A stretch of DNA of 64,000 nucleotides from Chrysomallon squamiferum (GCA_012295275.1 CM022678.1:19344001-19408000); one strand, 5' to 3'; counted from the first letter of the stretch, positions 1-15,626 are shown. Numbers and translations are program-made. Notes: generated by a model not told the origin, from the letters alone.

Positions 1-1471
1 GGAACCAGTAACATTTTGATGGCCGAATACATATCAGTGTTTAGATAACGGAAAGGCAAATAATTTTTATTTTAATTATTTTATTTTAGCATTATTAAAT
101 TTAAAATCTAGACGAAGGTCATTTGTTTCATTGTTCTCTGATTCAAACATTAGACATGTGAAGTTTCTGCATTTTATAGAAACTGATAAATTATACTATA
201 AAAAGCTTTTTCAATATTGCTTACATCTTCCGGGTGTGTTTCAGTGACCTATTTCAATAACCTAGTTTGACACAGCAGTTTCTGTTTGTGTGTGTTTATA
301 TATCGGCTGAGTAGTCACACATTCAACTCGTGTTGTATGATAAAAGTAAATAACAGTTAAAACTCTCGGGGGTCCTAGCGTTATTAGATATAAAGTAGAA
401 ATCTGTGTTATGTACTGGTTGGGTTCTATTTCATTTCAACATTGATCCAAATATTTAGCTTTAATTTCTATGTCCACAAAAATTAGTCTAGTTTGTTTTC
501 ATTGTGTTTAGACAGGTTCGAGAAAATGAATAGATAAATTATGTAGAAAAAAAATACATTTGATTTCATGTTCGCATATACGTTCTTTAATGCAGCATCT
601 AGCCAAATAAATTCAATAGCCGAAAGTTTTCCTTATTTTTCTAGTTCCACGAAAATTTGTAATGCGTGTTTTCAGTATGTTTATCATGTTGACTAAATAG
701 ATTCATTTCGTAGGAAATAAAGTTTAAGGTACCATCAAAATAAACATCTGATTAACGAATTGCCTTTAGATATATAACTGTTATTTCTAGGAAGAAGTAT
801 AATAAACAAATAACACAAGACGTTAAATAAAATTCAACTTAGCTCAGAAAAGACAAGATCTCTTAAATCAATGGGAAAGAATTTTTGGAATCCGCAAGAC
901 TGAGGTGGCAAAAGTTTTATTTCTCTGCAGGTTAGTAGACTGGACAAAGAAAAAGTAAAAAGAAAAAAGGATAGAAAGAAAATAATAATACTAATACCAA
1001 AAATAATAACAATAATAATGATAATAACAATAATAATAATTATCATCATAATCGGAATCATAAGCAACCCTTCATCGCTTTGAATCTGCTTTCGAAATAA
1101 AAATATTTTGTTTTATAGTCAAACCTACACATAACATTACCGTTTTAGAAAAGGAAACTACTCATAAATCCAAGGCAATGTTTTTGTGGAACCAGTAAGA
1201 GTTTGATAGCCTAATGAAGTTAGTATTGATTTAAGGGTGATCAAATGTTTCTTTTTTCTTCGTTTTTCAGTTTCCTTTCTTTCTTTTTATTGTTATAATT
1301 TTTATTTACATTTTTATAGAATATTTTAATTGTTCTTCATTAATTTTAAAATCGAGACGCATGCAATTTAGTTTATTATTCTGTGACCGGAACATAGACA
1401 TAAATGTATGATGTTCAATACACTGGAAAAAAAGAAATTACTAAAATATTTTATAACCTTCTTTCAGGATA

Positions 1472-3995
1472 ATGGCTGCGAAGAAACCACACAGCACAAC
1501 GTCATTAGAAGCGGATTTTTCAAGGATAAAAATTGGTGAGAAATACTAGATACAATGATAATGAAAAAATTGTATTTTGTTGCATTACTGCTTCATGCGA
1601 AACTGTTCTACTTTTTTACATAAACGCGTTATTCTCTCTCTTACAGATATTTATATTCAGACATCTGAATAAAAACACAGACATACGCAGACACACACAC
1701 ATATTTATACAAAAAAGATGGCGAGAGAGACATTCAGTAAATGAAGCATTATGTGATTACGAATCTGCAATTTTAAAAGAAAACAATTTCGAACATCTCA
1801 TCTTTAGAAAGGTACTTTTCCCCCGAAGTTATTCTTTCAGAAATCTGCAATTATGTAGATTTTATTTTTCAGCTACGGATGAGGACATTTCCTTGGAAAA
1901 TAGACTGGAATCGTTTCCTCACTCCTTTCATCTCACAGATCTCATGCTCTGCACTAAACAACGTAGAGAAAAAATACTTTTAAAGTTACAACGAGAACCG
2001 GAAGAAGAGAAACAGAGTTTGATGGAAAGAAATCGAGACGTCAATTTTATTTCCTTCATGCAGTTTTTGCTAGGAGATCAAGACAAGGCAATCGAGACAA
2101 ATTTAGAAGTCCGTCGTCGTGACCCTACTAACATTGTTGCTCGTGCAAACCGTGTGCGTTTTCTGTTAAAACACGATAAGCGTTCGTCTCAATCGGAATT
2201 AATTGAACTGGAAAACCTGAAGGGAGACGTTGAAAGAATGCGTGCTGTAGCTGAAGCTGAACTTGCTTATTGCTACGCTCGGATTTCACCAGCTTCTTAT
2301 CTAAAGTCTGTGGAGCTGTACAGAAAAGTAAACGAGAAATATCCAGAAGAATACGAATGGAAATTCGGAGAGGGTCTAACACTTAGACGAACTATGTCCA
2401 TTCAAAGCTATTCGTTTAATACTGATATCGATATGGTTGAATACGCTGTTAGATGCTGTAAAGTGCTAGAAGAAGTCGGCAGTAAGGGATTAGAACCGTT
2501 TAATGCGATGGCGTTTGCTGAGCTCGGGGAATTCGCGACTCGGTTTGAATTAAAAAACACACCATTTGATGATGAAATTGTGGTAGAAAGGTTTAAGCAA
2601 CAAACAACGCTGCTTTCGTGCGAGGAATATTTCCAGAAAGCTCTTGATTTAGATAAGCAGGACCCTTTTGTACTTGCAAGCTGCGGTAAGCATTTCCTAA
2701 ACAGAAGGCAACTGGATGACGCTGAGAGATTGTTAGAAGAGTCAGTGAGGCTTCGGCCGACAGGATATGGTCTTCAAAACCTGGGAAAAGTTCTGCTGAG
2801 AAAAGCGGAAAATGAAAGCAACCCGAGAAAATTTCAGCGTGCGATTAAGTATCTAAAACAGTCCGTTGATATAACACACGGCGAAAATTACAGTGCTATA
2901 CTTGACTTGGCTTCTGCTTACATGAATAGAAAATGTTACGAAGACGCTGAAGAGGTTCTAAAGGATATAATAGAAAGAGAAGAAATTGATACCAATCCGT
3001 TCAATAAAGTTGCTGCTTTGAAGAAAATGGGTATTATTTGTTTTGAAAAAGGTAAAAATCCATTACTTCCTCCAGATGAACAGGCTCGGCTGAGGAAAGA
3101 AGAAATAAACTACAGAACTCTTGCTATAGAAGTTTCTGCGCCAGAAGTGCTGTATAAATATCGGACTCATTTCAGAACAGTAACTGATTTGCTGAAGCAA
3201 ACGAAAGGTCCACGTGGAGTAGATATACCGTGGCAAGTTAAAGATGTTTACTCTATGATCAGTAAATTGGGCCGTACTCTTCCGGTTTATGAGAATATTA
3301 AAACCGGTATCAGGGACCTGAACACTGGATTGGAACTACAGAGAAATATCTTTATCGACAAGAATACGAAAAGGCCAGATTCTGTATAATTCTGTTGATG
3401 GGTACGCAACAAGCTGATTATATTCCTTTTCTTCTCGTCAGTCGAGTTTACCTGAAAACAGCACAGCATATCCTATCAAGAGGCGAGTCACCGGGTAAAG
3501 CTACGTCTTGTTTCAGAAGGATTTTGCGTTCTATTACAAAACGAACAAAGAAGGTGAAATAAATGCTGCTGATATCATGATTCTCCATGACAAAGACGAT
3601 TGCAAAACATCTGAGATGTCAAAGAAAATTCAGGAGATTCTTAAACACTACACAGGTCTTGAAGTCACGAGGAATGATGAACTTGCCTTTGAAGGAATGG
3701 ATGATATCTATTTTACAAACGACTGATGCCTCTTATTCGATGCATTGTCGTAGTTGTTAGTTCCGACCCTCCAAACTCACACTGGAAACAGGTGATTGAT
3801 TTGGCAATAGCAACTGCTACGAAGAATGAGAAAATGATGATTGTATGCTTGAAATCAGGAGAGACTCACCAAGTCATGGAACTGAATGATCTCAAAACAG
3901 GAAAAACTCCGCCAGACGATGCAGACGACAAAAGTGCTGTGTACTGGCTTTTCGAAACTTTTACACTTCTTGTTGATGGTGACGTCAGTTTGTAA
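1472..3995 (+). pseudogene. TPR(IFIT/TTC22-like)-TIR-like gene, copy 1; exon 1472-1535, intron 1536-1872, exon 1873-3995; three 1-nt deletions
   Basis: Spliced frame reads MAAKKPHSTTSLEADFSRIKI-A-TDEDISLENRLESFPHSFHL (donor G|GTGAGA, acceptor tttttcag|CT). Against the paralogues, single bases are missing at ~3304 (CCC>CC), ~3522 and ~3711 (T runs), which splits it into ORFs 1533-3389, 3508-3726 and 3726-3995. The poly(A) block found behind other copies is absent. Confidence 0.85.
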
Positions 3996-4080
3996 ATTTG
4001 ATACTTTACAGATCTTGACAAGAATTTTAATTGAACTGCATGGATTGTTCGACTTTATTCATCAAAATAATAATAATAAC

Positions 4081-4113
<33 letters not shown>

Positions 4114-4545
4114 TATAATCACATAAACAACAACAATTATGCTTATAATTATAATTATATAAGGATTCCTTCTCGAAAATGGTTGGATTGGAAATGTTTT
4201 TCCTTACTGAGTTTTCAGTTTTTGGAATGTAAAACGATAGTAGGAAAATATGGTCTGTTTTCAAAAGATAAATCCATAAACAGATGCTACAGTATATATA
4301 GCTTAAAGATTAAATCTACGTGTACAGGTTGTACAGACGGTCTATAGTTATTTTAATATACTTTTCAAAAACTTTATGGTTGAAATTAAATTTGTGTAAT
4401 CTAAAGTGTAATATAAGTATCATGCTTATTTATAATATAATATAATATAATATAAAGTTTTAATTAATCTTATTTTTATATAAAAGCTTTGTGTTACTGC
4501 CATCAGATGAAATGTTTACACCAAAATTTTGACCTTTTCAGCTTC

Positions 4546-4579
<34 letters not shown>

Positions 4580-5211
4580 CGGGAAGAAATAGAAAACAAC
4601 AATAAAACTGACAGCATCAACGACAAGAATGGCGACAAGAACGGCATCAAGTCAGAAAATTACTATTACATCATTGGCATCAACGACAGCAAGAATAATA
4701 CAGTGAAAATGAATTTAATTTAAATTTGAATTTCTTTTTCATCTTCAAATTCGTTTCACATTTAAAATATAGAAACAATATGAACGAATAAAACTCTACT
4801 ACTGCTCTTTCTACTATCATTACTGTTCCTATTAACAGTATTTCTACGACGACTACTAATCATAATAATAATGGTTGTTAAGGAAATAAATAAAAATTAG
4901 CAGTGTCGTGTTTTGTTAAGGAACAACTATCCAGTCAAGTTTCAAAACCGGAGGTTCTGAAAAAAAATAAAAATAAAAATAAATAAATAAATAAATAAAT
5001 AAAAGAAAACGAATTAAATGAACAAATCAAAATATCGGCAGTACTAATGCGATGAATGAACAATAAATAAATTTTAGATGTAGATCGCCACATCAATATA
5101 TAGAGACACACAGACTGTAACACTGTAACATAATCATAGAATATTTTTCCCAAGCCATGATAGAAATTAGTTTTATTGTCATGTGTCATCGTTAAACAAA
5201 ACCTCATAAAA

Positions 5212-5330
<119 letters not shown>

Positions 5331-5612
5331 AGACATACTGAGAAACGCATGCGCACACTGAAACAAAAGAGACACACACGTAAGTCATAAATAGTTTCTA
5401 AATATGCTTAAACATTTTTTTTCTCTTTTCTTTTGCACGTGATTCAAGGATAATCTATTAACACACTCTGTTATAAAGAGCAGCAAACGAAGCAACAGCA
5501 CGAAACTCCGCTTGGCACATAAGAGAAACATTTGCAAAACTGGATGCTAAAGATTGCCAACGGCAGTAAGAATTGGATAGCGTAAATATACCTGTCCTGG
5601 ACGTTGAAATTA

Positions 5613-5686
<74 letters not shown>

Positions 5687-6147
5687 CAACAACAATAACA
5701 ACAACAACAACAACAATAACAGAACATAAAAAATATATATAAAAGTTAAGTTAATAAAATTAGGAAGACCTCAGGATCAAACTGATCTCGAAAAACTCAG
5801 TTTTATATTGTGTTAGCAATTTCATAATAAAATGGACTCTGTCCGGGCATGATAACCTAAAGAGCACGTAGCCATAATAAGGTGGTGTTGTCGTGAATGT
5901 GTTTATATTGTTGTCATTCGACGAGGTCATACACACCTTATATATATTGTTTATCTACATTTACTGTATTGACTCTTCGAATTTAAATAAGGAAAGTAGA
6001 CACCTGATTTATATGACATTGAAACAGCAAAGCAGAAAGTTTTGGACTGTTCGTTTGAGAGTAAGGAACGTCCAGCGAGAATGTGTAAGTTTGATTTAAA
6101 ATCTGTTATTACAATGTTTTTTTGTTTGTTTGTTTTTTTGTTTTTTT

Positions 6148-6191
<44 letters not shown>

Positions 6192-6817
6192 TTTTTTGTA
6201 ACTTATAGAAATAAATCAAGTGTTACAGAAATATGAGAAAAACATCTGTTTCTAATAATTATTATTTTGGTATTTCAATTTTTTACATTTAAAATGTAGA
6301 CGCAGGTTATTTCGCTTCTATTCTCTGACCCAGAAAGTATGCTAAACACTGCACAGCTTTGGTTCCTCAAAGTAATGTAAAAAGAAAGAAAGAAAGAAAA
6401 ACAAACCGCTACTAATAAATATTTCTTATATCTTCTGGATCTGTTTACTCGCTACATTTAATTGAAACTCCGTGATCTAATTTTTCAAACACGTTTATTT
6501 TTCTGTGCTGTTATACATAGGCTGATAAGTGCGCTATGTTTACCTCACGTACGCTCATAAATGTAAATAAGTGTACGGAGCTGCTGCGCCTGCCTAGTTA
6601 GAAACCTGAGATATTTCATTTATTTATTTGTTTATTATTGTTTTATGTTATCTAAAAATAATAATAATAAAAAAATAAAAAATAATAATAATAATAATAA
6701 TAAAGTAATAAAAAATAAAAATAATAAGTGAAAAATAAAACATAGATATATCCTTTTATTAGTATCTTATATATTTTTAAAGATGTTCTTATTCCTGGCT
6801 TTTGCAAGTATATGGTT

Positions 6818-6882
<65 letters not shown>

Positions 6883-7378
6883 TAATAATAATAATAAAGT
6901 AAAAAGTAAATTAAGAAGGCCTCACGATCAGACTGATCTCGATTTTCACACAAAATAGATTTGTTTAAATTTAATATTTTTAATTTTAATATTTGAAGCT
7001 ACTTATCGAATTCTGTCAGAAAAACCCCAATATAGAATTAGTAATTTGATAGTAAAATGGACTATGACCGGGCATGATAACTTACAGAGCACGTAGACAT
7101 GATAAGGAGCTGTTGTAGTTAATGTGTTTATATTGTTGTCATGCGAGAAGGTCATACATACCTTGTATAGACTGTTAATCTACATTTACTGTGTAAACAC
7201 CTGATTTATATGACACTGAAAAATGAAAGCTATCGCAGTTGTTGACTGTTGTTTGAGAGTAAGGAACATCCAGCGAGAACGTGTAAGTTTGATTTAAATA
7301 TGTTATTACGATAACAAACATGATATTAAACAATAATAAATAAATAAATCAAGTTTGCAGATATACGAGGCAAAATAT

Positions 7379-7419
<41 letters not shown>

Positions 7420-7823
7420 TTAATTATTAACATATAAAATGTAGATGCATGTCATTTCGCTGAATATTGTCTCACCTAGAGTCTATGCTAAACACTACAC
7501 AGCTTTGTAAAGGAAAAATTCTGGTAACAAATATTTCTTGTATCTTCTGGATCTGTTCACTTGCTATATTTATTGAAAATCTCAGTGACCTAATTTCACA
7601 AACACGTTTGAGTTTCTATGCTGTTATACATCGGCTGATTAGTTCTATACATTTACTTCACGTAACCTTATAAATGTAAAGAAGGGTACAGAGCTGTATG
7701 TAATACGTAGTTAAAAACTAGAGATATTTCATTTATTTATTGTTCTTTTATGTGAATGAAAAAAATCATTAGTCTTCTTCTTCTTCATCTTCTTCTTCTT
7801 CTTCTTCTTCTTCTTCTTCTTCT

Positions 7824-7858
<35 letters not shown>

Positions 7859-7913
7859 TTCTTCTTATTATTATTAGTTGAAACCATGCCTCTGGAAACG
7901 AGAGGAATATAAA

Positions 7914-7978
<65 letters not shown>

Positions 7979-8050
7979 GAAGAAGAAGAAGAAGAAGAAG
8001 ACTAATGATTCAGTGCTGACACATTTTTGTTAGGTCTAGAGAAAGTACAC

Positions 8051-8092
8051 ATAGAACAACGTCATTGAAGGCGGGATTTCAAAGAATAAAAA
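8051..8092 (+). pseudogene. Decayed remnant of the ATG exon, probably belonging to copy 2
   Basis: atagaacaacgtcattgaaggcgggatttcaaagaataaaaa aligns with 1491-1532 (acagcacaacgtcattagaagcggatttttcaaggataaaaa); the ATG and donor are lost. Confidence 0.6.
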
Positions 8093-8667
8093 GAGAGAGA
8101 GATTGATTCATAATAATAATAACAACAACAACAATAACACTAACAACAATTATAAAATATAACGAGAAATATATATAAAATTAAGACAAAAGTAAAAATA
8201 AATTTAGGAATATCTCACGATCAAACTGATCTCGAAAAACTCAGTTTCATATTGCATTAGCAATCTAATAATAAAATCGACTCTGTCCGGGCATGATATC
8301 CTAAAGAGCACGTAGGTATAATAAGGAGCTGTTGTTTATATTCATGCGACGAGGTCATAAGTACCTTATAGAGATTGTTTATCTACATTTACTGGGTAGA
8401 CTGTTCTAATTTCAATGAGGAAAGTAGACACCTGATTTATATAACATTGAAAAAATAAAACTATCGCAGTTTTTGACTGTTCGTTTGAGAGTAAGGAACA
8501 TCCATTGAGAATGTGTAAGTTTGATTTAAATATGTTATTACGATAACAAATATGTTATTAAAAGAAAAAAAAAATCAAGTGTCCAGATATATGAGGCAAA
8601 ATGTGTATTATTATTAATATTATTATTATTAGTTGAAACCATATATTTGGAAACGAGAGAAATACAA

Positions 8668-8745
<78 letters not shown>

Positions 8746-8801
8746 AAGAAGAAGACGTTTTATTCGCCTTCAGCAAATTCCAATTATTTATATTTGTTCA
8801 G

Positions 8802-10845
8802 CAACACACGAGGACATTTCCTTCGAAGAGAGACTGGAATCGTTTTCTCACTCTTTTCATCTTACAGATCTTATGTTTTTCTCAAAACGGCTTAGAGAAA
8901 AATTACTTGAAAAGTTTCAAGGAAAACCGAAAGAAGAGAAATCAGATGAGATTGAAGAATATGAAAATGGAAAGATAAATTACATTCGTACCAACAATTT
9001 TGTCTCCTTCCTGCTGTTTGTGCTAGGAGATCGAGACAAGGCAATCGAGATAAATTGAAAAGTCCGTCGTCGGGATCCTACTAACATTGTAGCTCGTGCA
9101 AATCGTGTGCGTTTTCTGTTAAAACAGGATAAGCGTTCTGCTGAATCAGAATTAATCGAACTGGAAATTAAATGTACAGAAAATTAAATGAGAAGTACAC
9201 TGAAGAATACGAGTGGAAATTTGGTGAGGGTCTAACGCTTAGGCGATCTCTGTCTGCTCAAAGCTATACAATTCAGTCAGGTGTGGATGTCGTTGAACTC
9301 GCTATTAGATGCTGTAAACTGCTACAAGAAGTCGGCAGTAAGGGACCAGAACCACTGAATGCCATGGCGTATGCCGAGCTCGGGGAATTAGCGAAACGGC
9401 TTGAATTTAGATGGACGCCATTTGAAGACACTGAGTTCGTAACAGCGGTGCAACAACAAACTGAGCTGCTTTCGCGTGAGGAATATTTTAATAAAGCTCT
9501 TGATTTAGGCAAACACGTCCCCTTTGTGCTTGCTAGCTGCGGTAAGCATTTCCTAAACACAAAGCAACTGGATAAAGCTGAGAGTTTGTTAGAAGAGTCA
9601 ATCAGGGTTCAGCCTACTGGAAATGCTCTTCATCCGCTGGGAAAGGTTCTGCTCAAAAAAGCGAAATCGGAAAATGACCAAGAAACATTTCAGCGTGCGA
9701 TAGAAACTTTAAAAGAGGCTGCTGAAATCACACACGGCGAAAACTTTGATGCGGCACTTGACTTCCGCTTACATCACTAATAAATTCTTTGAAGATACTG
9801 AATCCGTCTTAAGAGATGTAATACAAGGAGCGGAAGCTGATACATATCCATTCTATGAAATTTCTGCCTTTATGGAATTGTGTAAAATCCGATTTTAAAA
9901 AAGTAAAAATAGGGGTCTTTCTTCAGACGAAAAGGCTTTGCTAAGAAAGAAATGATAAACTACAAAATTCTTGCTATAGAAGCTTCTTCGCCTGAAGTGC
10001 TTTACAAATATCGCACTTATTTTAAAACTGTAACTGGTTTGGTGATGCAAACAAATGGTCTACCTGAAGTACCAATGCCGTGGCAAGTTGAAGGTATCTA
10101 CTGGATGATTAGTGAATTAGCCCATTTTCTTCCGATTCATGAGAAGACTGAAGACCAAGAACAAGGACTAGAGGACTGGGTTAGAATTACAGAAGAATAT
10201 CTTAATAAAAACGAATACGAAAATGCCAGACTCTGTGTAAGTCTGATGATGGGCACCCAAGAAGCTGATAAGGTTGTTCCTTTAATCAGTCGAGTTTACC
10301 TGAAAACAGTACAGCATATCCTATGAACAGACGAGTCACCCGGTAAAGCTTGGTCATGTTTCAGGAGGATTTTTAAGTTCTATTACAAAACGAACAAAGA
10401 AGATGAAATAAATGGCGCTGATGTCATGATTCTCCATGACAAAGACGACTGGGAAACATCTCACATTTCAAACAAGATTCAGCAAGTTATAGAAGACTAT
10501 ACAGGTCTCAAAGTCACGAGAAATGATGAGCTTTCGTTTGAAGGAATGGATGATATCTCTTTTTACAAAGGACTGATGCCTCTTATTCGATGCATTGTTG
10601 TAGTTGTTAATTCGGATAAGCCAAACACACACTGGAAACAGGTAATCGATTTGGCAATAGCAACTGCTACAAAAAATGAGAAGATGATGATTGTGTGCTT
10701 GAAATCAGGAGAGACTCATCGTGTCACTGAACTGAATGATTTCAAAACAGGAAACACTCCACGAGACTATGCGGACGACAAAGCTGCAGTGGACTGGCTG
10801 CTGGAAACTTTTCCACTTCTTGTTAATGCTGACGTCAATTTGTAA
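8802..10845 (+). pseudogene. TPR-TIR-like gene, copy 2 (main exon, multiply disrupted)
   Basis: Acceptor gttcag|CA at 8801. Lesions: TGA 9056-9058, ~100-bp deletion at ~9167, 5-nt deletion at ~9763, TAA 9896-9898 and TGA 10324-10326. The C-terminal TIR-like part 10426-10845 is open. Confidence 0.9.
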
Positions 10846-11686
10846 ATGTGGTAATTTACTGATCGTAACAATAATTTGAATTGAACTGCATGGATTCTTC
10901 GACTTTCTTAATCAAAGTACTACTACTACTACTATTACTACTACTACTACTACTACAAGAACAACAGCAAAAACAAGAATACTACTACTACTACTACTAC
11001 TACTACTAATAATAATAATAATAATAATAAAAATAATGATAATCACATGAAGATGATCGGCAACAAAAGCAATTATGCTAATAATTATATTTATATTAGG
11101 ATTCCTTCTACAAAATGTTTGGACTGCAAATGTTTTCGATTACTGTATTTTTTCAGTTTTAAGAATATAAATATATATATATATCTGAAACATATATAGC
11201 CTCAAAATTAAATCTACGTATACAGGTTGTAAAGACGGTCTACAGTTATTTTAATATATTTTTCAATAACGTTATGGTTGAAATGAAATTTGTGTAATCT
11301 AAAGTGTAATATAAGCATCATGGCTTATTTATAATATAATATATTATAATTATTTATAATATAATTTAATATAATATAATTATATGTTTTTGTATCTCTG
11401 TCTGTCTATATCTATATACAAAGCAATTATGCCTGAATAAAATGCTGATTTAGAGAATCCTTTTCTGTTTTTATTGTTTTGTGTCTTATTGTGGATCCAG
11501 ATCAGAGAATTGTATTAATGATAAAGTCTTTGTATGTGAATAGTTTTCACAATTTTGTAATTTAGAGTTGGAAGTGTAAGCTGTTTTAATTCATCCTATT
11601 TTTAAATAAAGAGCTTTGTGTGAAGTTACTGTTATCAGGTAAAATGTCTAGACTAACCTTTTTACCTTTTCATCTTAGTGTTTATT

Positions 11687-11756
<70 letters not shown>

Positions 11757-11778
11757 CAACAACAACAACAACAATAAC

Positions 11779-11826
<48 letters not shown>

Positions 11827-14136
11827 TGTAATTATAAAGTTAAAACGGAGAAGAAATAGAAAACAACAACAATTAAATTGACACCAACAAAGACAAGAAC
11901 GGTAACAAGAACAATAAAATGTAAGACAATTACTACCAGTATATGACTGACCTGAACAACTGGAAAAATAATAAAGTGAAAATGAATTAAATTTAAGTTT
12001 GAACGTTTCATTTTTTTCATAATTAAATTCGTTTCTATTTTGGTGTATAGAAACAACATGAACGACTGAAATACTACTACTGCTACTGCTATTTCTACTA
12101 TCACTACTCTTCTTATTAACAGTACTGCAGCTGTAACTATTTCTACTACTACTACTAATGGTAATAATGGTTATTAAGTAAACAAATGAATATCGTGATT
12201 TTTTAAATTTACTATCCAGTCCACTTTCGAATCCGGATGATCTTACTTATTGATTTATTCATTATTTATTTATTTATTTATTTTGTTTGTTTTTCAGTAT
12301 AAATACAGACTATATAAGATTTAGTTCTGGTTGTTATAAGAAGACAACATTAAAAATAGACGTTTTTTTAATTTTAATTTTTTCTATATATATATTTATT
12401 TTTTATTGTGATATTGTTGTTGTTTTTTTGTTTTGTTTTTCAAAAGACTAAAAGAAAAAAAGTAATAATAAGAAATAAATAAATAAATAAATAATAAAAA
12501 AGAAATAAAAAATTAGAAACTCCGTATGTCAGAAATATTTGCACATAATTATAATATAAAAATTAAAATATCTCACAGGTAAAAGATCATGCAGAAACTT
12601 TCTGTGTATTAGTCTGTCATAGAATAAGAGAACTTTCATTTGTTAATCAATATAATGCATAGTGTGTTTGTTAGATGTTTGAATATACTTTCGTTTCACA
12701 GTACTCTTTAGAAACCTTGATCCATACATTTAACTTTATTATCCTGGTCTTTCCTAAATAACGCAGTGAGTTTTTATTCACTTTAGATAATCCGATAACT
12801 AGTAACAAGGAATGATGATGATGATGATGATGATGATGATAATCATCATTTGTTATCAGTACGATTCTTCTTTTTCTTCTTCGTCTTATTATTCTTCTAT
12901 CATTATTGTTTTATTATTATTATTATTATTATTGTTATCATTATTGTTTTGTTATTATTATTATTATTATTATTGTTATTATTATTATTATTATAACTGG
13001 TGTGATAAAGCTATATAAATATGATATTTATATGCTACTGTGATCAGGGACACAATTCCATTTTTGAATAGATCATGTTTTAAAATGAAATAAATATTAC
13101 TGTCAAAATTCTGCTTTATTTTATTCCTTCATATTAAATTTCTAGAAAAAAAAATCTCTAATAAGAAAATGGCATTTAGCCTTTTGAAACCAACTATCAC
13201 GTACTTCAGAAATGATAACATAATTCGTGATGCAGTTTTCACCAGGGGAGCAGAAAAGAGGGATAGCTACCTCATGTAGCCTGAATAACATGCATACTGA
13301 TTCAAAAATTGGTTAGTAGATTAAGAAAAGACGAGGAAGAAAAAAAATAAAACATTTTAATTTTTTTTTTTTGTAGTTACAATCGGTTTTCTTCACATCA
13401 AACAAGTCCTCACTTACACTAAGCATTTTATCTAATAAACACTAAGACTCGCAGTATTTATTTATTTATTTATTTCGTTTTTCAGTTTAAATGCAGAACG
13501 TCTACACTTTTATTGCTAAAGAGCGAAATCACTCGGACTTATTTCTATATGTTTCCGCTGATCGGAATATTTACCGTATTTTTCTAATTCGACTAAACTT
13601 AGTCATGAGTATTTGTTTAATCACGTTCGTGAAAATTAAAGCTACTGTTCATATAAAATAAATAGATAATATAGCTTTCAGTTAAGTATTTGATGTCAGG
13701 TTTCTAAATGTGTCCATTAATCCTGCATTCAGTTACACAAACCAAACCAGTTCATTGAATTACGTTTTTTGTTTGGTTTTTTATTATTATTTTGCTAATT
13801 CTACGAAAATGACTAATTCCTGGTTTCAGTTTGTTTAATGGCTAAACAGGTAAATTTCGTGGAAAATAATAATAGCATTAAAATATACCTCTGATTCACG
13901 AATTGTCTTTTGATAGATAACGGGCTATAATTAGAAGGAAGTAAAATGCACATACAGAAGCATCAAGTAAAACAAGACGTTGAATAGAAACTGAGCTTAG
14001 CTAAGAAAAGACAAGATCTCGTAAATCAACGGGAAAGAAGTTTTTCAGTCCAGTAAAATTTAGATGGTCTAAGTTTTACTTTTCTATTTGTCAGAACACT
14101 GGGAAGAAAAACAAAGGAAAAAATAACAACACATAT

Positions 14137-14184
<48 letters not shown>

Positions 14185-14916
14185 ATCCTTCATCAGTTTG
14201 ATATTGCTTTCAAAATAAGAATATTGTTTTAAAAATATTACCTTATTTGAAAACAATTCATACCAAGCTTTTACAATTTACCATCACTGAACAAGCTCAT
14301 GAAAAGGAAACAAAAACAACACACTCTACACTTTTTATCAAAAACCTTTCTCTAAGCCATTCTTTACTAATAATAAGTAGAAATTACATAACAGTCTTTT
14401 ATATACTATTCTTTATTAATAATAAAGTAATAATTGCAAAACCTTTCTATACCATAATTTAATAATAATAAAGTGATAACAAATTTCTTCCTCTGTAGAC
14501 CATTCTTTATTAACAATAAAATATCTCATCTATGAAATCTCAATTAAGAAAAAAAAATAACAAACAAGTTCATACTAAACTTTCCATCAATATCAACACA
14601 TTAACTTAAACTTCAGCTTAGGTTAAATAAAAGTAAAACACGTAAATCGACGGGAAAGGCTTTTGAAACCAGTAAAACTTTTATGGACAAATACAAATTA
14701 TTATTATATAAAGCTCAGACAAAAATTTCCTCTTCTTTTTTGTTCTGTATTTATTGAAATTTTGAAGCTGGTGATTTTGTTTCTTATTCTCTGGTCCAAG
14801 CACTACACAGCTGTGATTCCTTAAATTTATACAAATACGGAAAGAAAACGTTATCACTTATTTATTTATTTATTTGTTATTATTTATTTATTTATTTTAT
14901 TTTTATTATTAATATG

Positions 14917-14967
<51 letters not shown>

Positions 14968-15561
14968 TCCTGCAAACCGTTTCACACAGTAGACATGATA
15001 TTTCTCGATGTGTTCGTTGATCCGAATATTTGGCATATTTCTCAATTTTTACAACAATTAGTCATGTGTGCTTTGTCTTTGATTAATCGCGTTCCCGAAA
15101 ATTAATAGTTGAATTATGTAGAAAATAAATATATAAAGTAGCTTTAAATTTTGTATTGGATATCACATTTCTGAATGGTTTGATTTACCCAGTATCTAGT
15201 TGCACAAACCAAATAACTTCGCTGAACGAACGTAAACCTTATACTTCTAATTGCACTAAATACGTTCATTCATCCAGCATCTAGTTACACAAAACAGATA
15301 AGTTCGCTGAACGGACGCAAACCTTCTACTTCTATTACCACGAACATTACTAATGCATTGTTTCAGTGTGTTTAATCACGTTTACTAAATAACTAAATTT
15401 AGTGGAAAATACTGTTAAAGCAAAGGATTAAAAAAAAATATCTTATTGACAAATTTTATTTAGTTTTATTTTCTACAGATTACAACCGTGCAATAGAAAA
15501 ACATAACAATAACAACAACAATAACAACAACAACAATAACAACAATAATAACAACAACAGC

Positions 15562-15626
<65 letters not shown>

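Noticed and set aside
1533-1872. N-terminal ~113 aa of ORF 1533-3389 (also the starts of ORFs 8633, 40864 and 48740)
   Set aside because: Intron or flank read-through; paralogue similarity starts only at the acceptor (ATDEDIS) or the deletion junction.
5460-5610. GC-richer coding-looking patch (RAANEATARNSAWHIRETFAKLDAKDCQRQ)
   Set aside because: It is bounded by stops, has no clear splice sites and matches no family I recognise.
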